Assembly (NCBI GenBank): GCA_035084275.1
Contig: CM068755.1
Location: forward strand, 11,532,001 to 11,596,000
Reading direction: 5' to 3'
Length of the DNA stretch: 64,000 bases
Source of the DNA: Hydrolagus colliei
Taxonomy: Eukaryota
In this document: positions 55,600-64,000 of the stretch, one piece after another
Position numbering within the stretch: the stretch's first letter is position 1
Layout of the letters: every line of letters begins with the position of its first letter
Translations under genes and position numbers: made by a program
Notes under the pieces: model-generated
Seen by the model: the letters and a program-made list of their open reading frames with translations, nothing else
What the model was told of the DNA's origin: nothing
Databases searched by the model: none

Positions 55600-56200
55600 T
55601 TTGTTGGTTTGTTCAGATCAGATCAGCCCCAAGAGCTGGTCCCAAATCAAACCCAGAGCCACACACAAGTGAAGAAGGCTCAGAGGGCAACCCACCTAGT
55701 GTGAGGCTCCTGGGAGAGGGAGAAGAGGTCGGAGCCGGGGGTTGCTCTGCGCTGAGCTCTCCACGCAGACTTTCCTTAGCGGCCACGCCGACCGTGGCAA
55801 TCCGCGAGGCAATTTCAATGAAAAGAAAGAAAAAAGAACCCAATTTACAACGAAACACTCAGTCGGTCAAATGCGGGTGTCCAAACGTCACCCCAGGGTT
55901 TACTCCATTGGCGCTCGACGCTCGTAGGGTGGCAGCACTTTGGTGCTGAAACACACCAGAAATGGACATGACAAGGCCATGATTGTCTGGTCACAGCAAC
56001 AACAACTCCGAGAACCGCTTGACAGTGGCATAGTGCCGCACCGAGCCAGGGAGGGGTGTGGAGGAGGGCGGCACGGTTTAAGCACGGGCGAAAAGCAAGG
56101 TCTTTATGCACGATCTGAAGCTGGGAAAGCAGGGGTGGTGGGGGTGTGGGGGGGGGTGGGTTGTGGGGAAGGTTGGGGTGGAAATCATTAAACTAAGTTT
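55600..56200. promoter_or_regulatory. Isolated CpG-rich island between the two genes (candidate promoter or enhancer)
   Basis: Dense CpGs (gcggccacgccgaccgtgg, tccgcgagg, ggcgctcgacgctcg, gccgcaccgagcc) in an otherwise CpG-depleted window. No repeat or coding signature recognised. Confidence 0.5.
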
Positions 56201-58599
56201 GCACTCCGACTTTTAAGTTCTTGGTACTTGTTCTGACATTGGCAGTGCTCTCGCTCCAGTATGCACACAGGCAGACCTTTCATATCAGTCTCAGATGAGA
56301 TTTTTCGCCAATAATCGTGAGTGGATTACACCACTGAGAACAAACCATGTGAAACACGACCAGATGATCACTGCCACAGTTTTGTTTTCCAAACCAGTTT
56401 AATACGCTTTACAAAACATAGTCGATGCGTTAACAAGAAATTTGAGTAGATTCTGGAGAAGACTAGACGAGGATGAAATATCCTTTTTTGTTTAAAGACA
56501 CATTCACTCAAAAACAGGCATAATGATAATAATAATCCTTGCAATTGATATAATGCTGATCACACCATTAAGACATCTCAAAGCGCTTCACTGAATGCCA
56601 AACCATAGCATATTGTGAAGGCAGGTAACCAAGTCAATACTTTTATATTGGTAGCCTTGTGATCATAGAATATTAAAGAGCAGAAGGAGCCCATTCGGTC
56701 CATCGGCTTGTGTGGGCTCTTTGATAGAGCCAATGATTCCCACTCCCCTGCTCTGTATGTGAAAGAAACTATAGCTACCACAGTTTACTGAATTATGTAT
56801 GTATTTGTTTGGCAGCTTAAAAAATACAAAGATGTCATAAATACAAGCACTGATGACGTAAGGTTATCTGAAAACAATAACATTTTCATACATTATTCGA
56901 TACTTGATCAATATTTTTTGTTTTCATCTTCACACTCTTAGTAGTACCCACCGAAGGTTGCTCCCCGATGGATAAAGTGAAAATAAGGGAATCGATTGAG
57001 CATGTCCCAGGTTCAATCCCAAGTCTGTGCCAAGAACCAGGAGCTCCACAAATGGCCTCAGCATTTCTGAGTCAGTGGAAAATGAACTCTTTACTTTTAT
57101 TAGGGATGTTATTTGATCCAAAGTCAAATTACCTTTTCGTGCATATTTCAAATAAATAAACTCTTGGAGGATAGAGATCTCTTACCACACGTCAGAAACA
57201 CAAACTGAAGGATGAAAAGGGAATCTCACCGTGCTGACTCTCATGTTTTTATAAACTTGAAATGTTGCCTGTTATTACAGCATTTATGGAAAAAGAACTG
57301 AATCCAGAGGAGGTGAAAAGGAGCAGTTTTTGATTAAGCTGAGCCTTCAATAAAAAAAAGTTATTCAATTGCATTTTTCCACATTATAAAATAATTACTA
57401 GTTAAAATAGGAACATGCTTGGGGAGTCCTCTGGGTGTAAAGTATACATTTTATATTAGTTAAACTACCCATTGAAATATACCTTGACTTAAGTGAACTC
57501 ATGGGGCCCTGCTGTTTTGGATCTGTGTATCATCACCCACTGGTCTACCGATTTTAATGTGAGCCAGGGCTGTTTGTTTCACTATTGTTATATACTCACC
57601 TTGCGCTTGTTTTTTTTTGTGCTGGGGTAAAATGTGTGCGGAATAGCCCCAAGGTCAGGCTGAACCACCAGCTGCAATTAAAATTGATCAAGTTGTTTTG
57701 AGACACCCCTCCCTGTAACCTTTGCCACTGAAGCAGCTGAGGATACAAGCAGAGACCCGAAATGGGAGGTGTCCATGTAAAAGCAAAAAATTGCATTTTT
57801 TCCCATAAAGTAAGTGCATTTTAGAGTAAAATTTCACACAGAAAATATAATATCTCCAAGCATGGTCTTTCTTTGTTCCATATATTGGTATCATCACATA
57901 AACCCAAATAACTACTTAAACTGAAAATGTGCAAGTGCAGTATTTGCCAATATGATTCTGCCACCGAGTGAAAAGGTACATTGATCAGAGTGACACTCGA
58001 GGATGGACTAATAATCGTGCTGGACTGGCTGTGATACAATTTCAATACCTTTGACTAACCACATGCATGAACTGTGGGAGAACATGCATGATGGGGTTTA
58101 CAAATCACATTCGATAATTAATTCGTCAGGTAAGATTATTGTAACTGCAACACGGATGGGAACATGGAAGGAATCCTTGCAAGTATGGTACTAAATGATG
58201 GGATTGATCAACATGGAACTGAAATCAGTAACGCCTGGACTGTGAGCTCAAACTCCCAATGTTCAACTTCAACCTATAACCTTCTAACTCAGAGGCAAGA
58301 TCGCTACCACCTGAGCCAGGATGATGCCCAAAATAGAAGATCATTAGATGATTAGTTGACATAAACTTTAGGTGGCTGAAAAAATAAAATCTATTCTGAT
58401 ATGTTCAAAAACATAGGTAAGGATTTGTAGAGAATATGATTTCAATTAGGAATTGGGTAGAATTTGCAAATATGTAGTAGGTTCTATATTTTAAGATTGA
58501 GATACTGTTTATTTAAGAGCAAGAGAAAGTGTGATGAATCTTGGTTTCCACACAGTAAAAGTGTGAAAGGTATATATTTGAATTTAGGTAAATGGAAGA

Positions 58600-59035
58600 A
58601 TAAGAATGAAAAGTGCAAAGAAACAATGACCACAATAACAGCAAAATATAGTTCTGAAAGGCTGTGATGGAGGGAGACAAGTTAGAATCCAGGCAAACAT
58701 CTGTCCAGGAGTGCAAGAGAGCTATCAGAAGAGCCTCAAAAGGTACGGGAGTGATATTCAAGTCTTGCACAAACTTGCGATTTGTAGAGAGTTCAGTTGT
58801 TGAGGAGAAAATAAGTGTTTGGCACGAAAGAAGAAGCCAAACCTCTTGGAGGCAGCTGGGAGCATTCCATTTGAGATTAGAGGAGATACTGAGGCCAAGA
58901 ATGTCAATAGACGAAGAACTATTAAGAGTGGAGCCACGAGAGGTAAGAAGTGGCATCTCTTGCTTAGACTTACCAGAGACATGAAGAAACTTTGTCTTTA
59001 AAGGATTCAAAGAAAGATATTCATTGTTGCTTTGA
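58600..59035 (-). mobile_element. Decayed non-LTR RT fragment resembling CR1-Zenon/Crack-type elements
   Basis: Across frameshifts: LSLNPLKTKFL...IDILGLSISSNLKW / AASKRFGFFFRAKHLFSPQQL / TLYKSQVCARLEYHS..*GSSDSSLALLDR. Confidence 0.7.
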
Positions 59036-59983
59036 AGCACACAGATTAGATCAAGTTTTAGTGATTAACTTGCAGTTAATGAAGGTCAAGTACACAAATA
59101 ATGTACACTGAAACAAAGTTGGTGAATGTTTAGTGGATTCATTGGTGGGGGGTGGGGAGGGATGTGGGGTGTGGGAAGTAGATAGAGTAGATGGGTGCAG
59201 GAGATAACTGGTGTTGATAAAGTGGAAGAACAACTAGTGACCTGGAAACGCCATAAGTCGATGGAAAAAAGAATTGTCATTGGAAGTAAATAATGTTGAA
59301 TCCTGTCAAATATTTGAGTTATGTCTCAGCCAATGGCACATTGATCACGAAAGCGTTCGTAAAACACGGGACCAGGTAACCTTGAAGATGCAAGTATCAC
59401 AAAAGGTCCAGAGACCAAGTGTGGAAGATCCAACAGATATGCTGAGGATAAAACGTGAGGCAATGAAGCAATGGAGGGAGATTCTTTGCCAAGATTATTA
59501 AGATAAAACAGTGTCATATTGCCTGACGCATATTGCCAAATTCCTTCAACTCCTAGATTCGCAGTCAGTTAGTTTTATCCTTCTTTTATCTACACTGTGC
59601 TACTGTTACAATGTAACCCACACTGTAATAGTATTCTTTTTATTGGGCCTATATTCATAATTTGACATGCCACAGTAGGAACACAGCAAAGCATTGGATA
59701 ATGTACACACAGAGTTGTCTTAGAGTCACTGATTGCCCCATGGCTGTTATGCAGAGTGACTGGAACAAACCCTTGTTGTTAACCGTTGTAGAGAGATGGG
59801 TGGGTGCATGGCAGTCTGATTTGGTGTTACATACTATTCTATGTTTGACACCAGCACAATTATTAGATCTATCATTATGTCATGTGTGGCAAAGGTTCAA
59901 CAATTATATTATAATATTGTATATTACATATTAAAATGGAATGGGCAGGTTCAGAACCATTTGAGCTGTTCTCTCAAAAAATG

Positions 59984-60109
59984 CAAAATACCGCAGATGC
60001 TGGAAATCTGAAACAAAAACAGAAATGGCTGGGAGCAGGTCAGGCAGCATCTTTGGAGAAAGGAAAAGTGAGTCAACATTTTGGGCCCACGACCCTTCCT
60101 TCAGAACTG
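59984..60109 (-). mobile_element. Penelope-like element terminal-repeat remnant with a degenerate minimal hammerhead ribozyme
   Basis: caaaataccgcagatgctggaaatctgaaacaaaaacagaaa...gcaggtcaggcagcatct...tcagaactg matches the recalled shark PLE terminal repeat. The minus strand reads CTGAAGGA-A-GGGTC-GTG-GGCCC-AAAAT-GTTGAC. Confidence 0.65.
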
Positions 60110-60645
60110 CTTTTCTCTCCCCTCGCAAACTCAGCGCCTCGTTGCACATAAACCACGTGCCCCTGGGCTCTCTTTAAAACATGAACTTCGAAGGCGATGC
60201 ACCATCTGACTGCCATTGGGAAAGGGGTTGCTCTAATCCTGAGTCAATCAGTCTTAATCTGGAGGCAAATGTGAGGCTCTCCAATTAGCACAGGAAAATC
60301 CACTAAAATGTCCATCAGGTGACCTATATAAAAGCATCCAATAGCTTTCTATGTCTCACAGAGATGTGAGGGGGGTGCGGTTTTTAAGGCTTGCCCTGGT
60401 GATAGCTTGTGGCACAGTTGATGCTAATGTTCTCTAGCTAATGGTGTTAGTTGTTTTTGTTGTTTAGAGCCATTCGTCAAAGGGAGGGGAATGGAAGGGT
60501 AAGAGGAAATATAATTTCAGGCAAAGGCAGTATAGATGGTGCGACATTCAATGGTTTAGGGGGAGAAAAAATTCATTGGAAGGACGGAGAAACAAACTCA
60601 AAATATCAAATACTTTTGTATTGTGGGAGGGAAAATAAAAAAGAC

Positions 60646-61019
60646 ATGGAGAGCAGCAAGGGTGGGAAAATGTCCTTGACCTCTCACCACGAGGTCAGTG
60701 GCTGCTTCACTCCAGTGCAGAGGCACAGCCCGGGCACTTTGAGTCGCTTAGATGAGAAAGTGGAGCTCCAGCGTCTGAATGACCGCCTGGCTGGTTACAT
60801 CGAACGGGTGCGTTTGCTGGAGAGCGAGAAGGTCCACCTGCTGCAAAGAGCCACCGAGACACGGCAGGAGTCAGTCTCCCAAGGGCAGAGGGACCGCTCC
60901 CTGTACGAGAGCCAGCTGGCCAGCACCAGGAAGCAACTGGACACCACACTGAACGAGAGGTCACACCTTCAGCTACAGCTGGACTGCACTCTGGAAGAAC
61001 ATCGCCAGTTGCAGGCAAG
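60646..61019 (+). CDS. Nuclear lamin (type V intermediate filament; lamin L3/B3-like, divergent), exon 1: head, coil 1A, L1 linker and start of coil 1B
   Basis: ATG in good Kozak context (GACATGG; alternative ATG at 60670). Contains SPGTLSRLDEKVELQRLNDRLAGYIERVRLLESE (IF coil-1A LNDRLAxYI motif) and YESQLASTRKQLD...EEHRQLQAR. Donor AG|GTAATG is phase 2, the same position as lamin intron 1. Confidence 0.92.
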
Positions 61020-61101
61020 GTAATGAGTTCCAAAAGTCACAACTCTCCTCATCTTTGTCTCTCTCTCTCTCTTTCACCCCTCCACCCACTCACTAATTTT
61101 T

Positions 61102-61193
61102 CTCCCCACCACCTAAATGCAAGTATTATTATTTATTGTCGTGATGTCTTCACTCCCCACCCAAATGCAAGTATTATTATTTATGGTTGTGAT
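61102..61193 (+). repeat. ~45-bp direct tandem duplication in lamin intron 1
   Basis: ctccccacc(acc)taaatgcaagtattattatttattgtcgtgat versus ctccccacccaaatgcaagtattattatttatggttgtgat. Confidence 0.85.
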
Positions 61194-63181
61194 TGTTAAG
61201 ACTCCTGAATCTGTTTCCACCCGAACTGTGCAGGGGGAAGCAACACAACTTTACAATGAGGTGCTCTTGAGCTTGATCAACCAATTATTTGCGAACTCGT
61301 GCGGCCCGATCCATAGAAATTGTTTACCGTTTGCTGTTTTTATTTATTTTTTTTACAGAAAAGATATTCGCATTTTAACTTTGCTAGAGAATTGTTTGGA
61401 ATTGGTGAGAGCGAATTAAGCATTTATGGCATCCTTCCTCCCCCCGCCCCACCATCGGCCTTTCCCTCTGAAGCACTGGCTCGATAGGAGGAAACAACAA
61501 CAACAAATATACATTTGTAATTATGCCTTTCTCGTCAGGAGGATGTTCCAAGGTCCAAGAAAGATGCCCACATCAGTCTAAAACTGCACTAATCCTATTC
61601 TTGAGCAGATAATTATTTTTTTGAAACTAATCTAAAGAAGCACCAACGATAGCTTCTGTTCTTTGATCTGTGAATAAATATCTGTATGATTGCAGGACAA
61701 AAATGTATGACTTTGCAGTTGCAAACTTTAAATATGTGTGTATATATATATATAATATATATGAATCACCCATTCCAGGCCAATGAATTAAAGTAAAGAG
61801 TCACCTGGACTGTGGACTTTTGGCCAGGAAGGCATTGTGTTCTCATAGTATATATGTTTCACATTCTCTGGGTTGATTTTTTACTAACCTGCCTCCATCC
61901 TAGTGTGAAATTATTTGCTCTAATTTTGATGGTTCCATTTTGAGTGTGGCGCTCCAGAGGAACTGAACGTCTAGCACCTTGAGACATCCTCCTGAGGCGG
62001 AAGGCACTCTACAAATGTAGTATTATTGTTGTTGTGTATTTTCACTGGCAGAGAGAGAGAGAGAGCTGGTTTTGTACTGCATCACATTTTAATGCAGAAA
62101 AATGTATGGTTTAAAAATGCAACAATTTTACTTTTTCAGTTTTATATGAATGCCAGATGTCTTCATTACTAGAGTTTTGTGCTTTTCAAAGAAAAGCCTG
62201 TGTGTTTGCTATCAACATTTGCTGGAAATGTGAAGAGGCTAAGGCATAATATTGGTTTGTTGTGTCCAACTGTTCTCCCCAGACTGGAGCAATTCAATAT
62301 GATCCATGTCTGTGCAGTCTAGTGATGCAATGTTGAAGTCTCTACAACTAAGGGCACTCCATATGTTGGGCATTGGTTTTGCTTGTTGCGGAATTAGCAT
62401 CGGTTTCAGAGTCAGGCTGGTCAATCATCAGCCTTGCAGTACTGTGTGCCTCTGAGACGCCGTCCGGTATGGAGGACGCTATATAAATCAAAGTTGTTTT
62501 TGTTGCCTGTGTGTCCAAGGTGATGGTTGCTGAGTCCAACACAATGAGTAGAACAACTTAATCTTTAGAGATGCTCATCTTATTTCACTCCTTTCACTTC
62601 CTCTTGCTCTGCACCCCCACAACACATTGTATTTTTTTATATAACGCTTTTCATGCCGGGAAGAGTCCCACCAAGTTACAAGTTGGGATTCAGGTTAGTG
62701 TCCAGTGCATTTGTGAACTCTCACAGGATAGATATTTTGTGCCAGGAATTCCTCCTGAGTGGATTAGTGAGCAATATTGCTGCACATAAAATATTATAAA
62801 GCATGCATTTTCAAGCCCCATAGTGGGAACTTATTGTATCCTCTCAAATGTCATCCCACCGGTTGGAGATGTGAAGCTTCAGCAATAGCAGCGTAGACCT
62901 CTGCATACCAATATTAGTCACTAAATCCCAAATGCAGAGATCACTTGCACACGCGCACACATAATCTCAAGGTGATTTCTTCCAGAAGGTGTTGTCACAC
63001 ACCTCAAAGATTTTCCAATTGTCCATTGAGAGTATTACCTTCAGCTTACCGAGGGTCTCTTGCAGGCAGCTTTTGCAGTTTTGATTGATTTAATTGGTGG
63101 GCGTTTTGAGTAGAATAATAAAATCAACCCAGGTAGAAACGGTTCAAAATAAATCAACTTGACTAACTTATTCTCTTTCAG

Positions 63182-63338
63182 AAATGCAAAAATTGAAGAG
63201 AATCTAAAATCTGCTTTAGAACGATTAAAGGATTTGGAGGCATGTTTACTTTCCAGAGAGGCCCAATTGGCAACGTCACTAAGTGAGAAGAGGAACTTGG
63301 AGTATGAACTGGCTGATGGTAAAGCTGAGTTTGAAAAA
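63182..63338 (+). CDS. Lamin exon 2 (157 nt; coil 1B including the lamin-specific extension): NAKIEENLKSALERLKDLEACLLSREAQLATSLSEKRNLEYELADGKAEFEK
   Basis: Branch point GACTAAC (63161-63167), acceptor ttctctttcag| and donor AAA|GTAAGC. The 157-nt length equals vertebrate lamin exon 2. The motif LKDLEAxLxSxEAxLATxLSEKRxLE is typical of lamins. Confidence 0.93.
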
Positions 63339-63450
63339 GTAAGCCTTACACACCAAAAATGTAGACTCTCTTTTTCTTTCTCGGAAATATGAAAGACCAA
63401 TTGTGTTCAACTACATGGTTCGAGTGGCTTCTCTCTCAATTATATTTCAG

Positions 63451-63576
63451 ATTCTATCAGTTGCTGATTGTGTAAAAACACAACTGCATGATGAATTGTT
63501 GCAAAGGTGTGATTTGGAAAACCGTATGCAAACCTTGTTGGAAAGACTAGAATTTCAGGAAAATCTGCATCAACGG
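63451..63576 (+). CDS. Lamin exon 3 (126 nt): ILSVADCVKTQLHDELLQRCDLENRMQTLLERLEFQENLHQR
   Basis: Acceptor tatatttcag| and donor CGG|GTATGT. The 126-nt length equals lamin exon 3 and matches the lamin motif KQLxDExLxRVDLENRxQTLxExLxF. The gene continues beyond the window. Confidence 0.93.
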
Positions 63577-63779
63577 GTATGTAGCTGATGTTTGCCGTTT
63601 GGTTTTTGGCATTCATTAGAATCAATTGGTGCTGATATCACTGAATTGATGGGGTTAATGCAGGCATGGATTGTAATCTGTACCAACTAATTCACGTTAA
63701 AGATATTGAAAGTGTGCAGATTTTGCGAGAACACTTAGAGAATTTAGAGAAAGTGTCTGTTATTATTCTATTCTAACAT

Positions 63780-63930
63780 CCAGGCTGAGAAACTTTCTGT
63801 TCTGTGCTAAGTTAGCTGTTCTTGCGTGCCCCAGCAACCGGGATAAAACATTATTGTATCCGTGCCCTGAATTAGGGAGTGAAAGTCAACCTAGACTCCT
63901 GATCCCCTTTCAGTCAACTATCTTGCTAAC
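63780..63930 (+). mobile_element. Diverged tRNA-SINE remnant (LF-SINE-like) in lamin intron 3
   Basis: tctgtgctaagttagctgttctt...gtgccctgaattagggagtgaaagtcaacc...ctcctgatc. A related remnant with a B box (ggttcaatccc) lies at about 56990-57090. Confidence 0.45.
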
Positions 63931-64000
63931 CCACCCCCACACCTCCATCCATTATGTACGACTGTGACAAATTTCTCTGATGCTGCAGATTCAAATATAA

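Noticed and set aside
60281-60334. CCAAT plus TATATAAAAG as the lamin core promoter
   Set aside because: It lies ~320 bp from the ATG with several intervening ATGs, and ctatataaaagca also resembles a decayed L2/SINE tail (gctatataaatgca). Not supportable without TSS data.
60451-60645. N-terminal 65 aa of the 190-aa ORF in the track (MFLLFRAIRQ...)
   Set aside because: It begins at a TTG rather than ATG and has no lamin similarity. The real start is more likely the ATG at 60646 or 60670, and the ORF's stop codon lies within the splice donor.
1-64000. CRISPR arrays, operons or other prokaryotic systems
   Set aside because: The sequence is clearly vertebrate (spliceosomal introns, SINEs and LINEs). 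The recurring ~60-bp motifs are dispersed retroposon tails, not regularly spaced repeats.

Overview
AT-rich, repeat-dense vertebrate DNA. The SINE, L2, CR1 and Penelope repeat content points to a cartilaginous fish, probably a chimaera or elephant-shark-like holocephalan (inference). Two spliced genes sit head-to-head. (1) On the minus strand is the 5' part of an ADAMTSL3-type (punctin-2) gene: a probable non-coding exon at about 52.2-52.35 kb, a signal-peptide exon at 51142-51237 and a 120-nt exon at 32195-32314 (GHGEQSQTAYFLPEFALSPQGSFLEDTTGEKVLTYRYDDQ). No further exon was found, so 1-32194 appears to be one large intron. (2) On the plus strand are exons 1-3 of a divergent nuclear lamin (60646-61019, 63182-63338, 63451-63576) with the canonical lamin exon sizes and phases, most plausibly lamin L3/B3-like. 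The rest is intronic or intergenic: tRNA-derived SINEs with L2-type tails, older Deu-domain SINEs, L2 and CR1 fragments, a CR1-Zenon-like RT relic, a Penelope-like terminal repeat with a decayed hammerhead ribozyme, small MITE-like hairpins, microsatellites and G-tracts. Nearly all ORFs in the supplied track are spurious or repeat-derived. All family assignments are from recalled sequence knowledge, not database searches.
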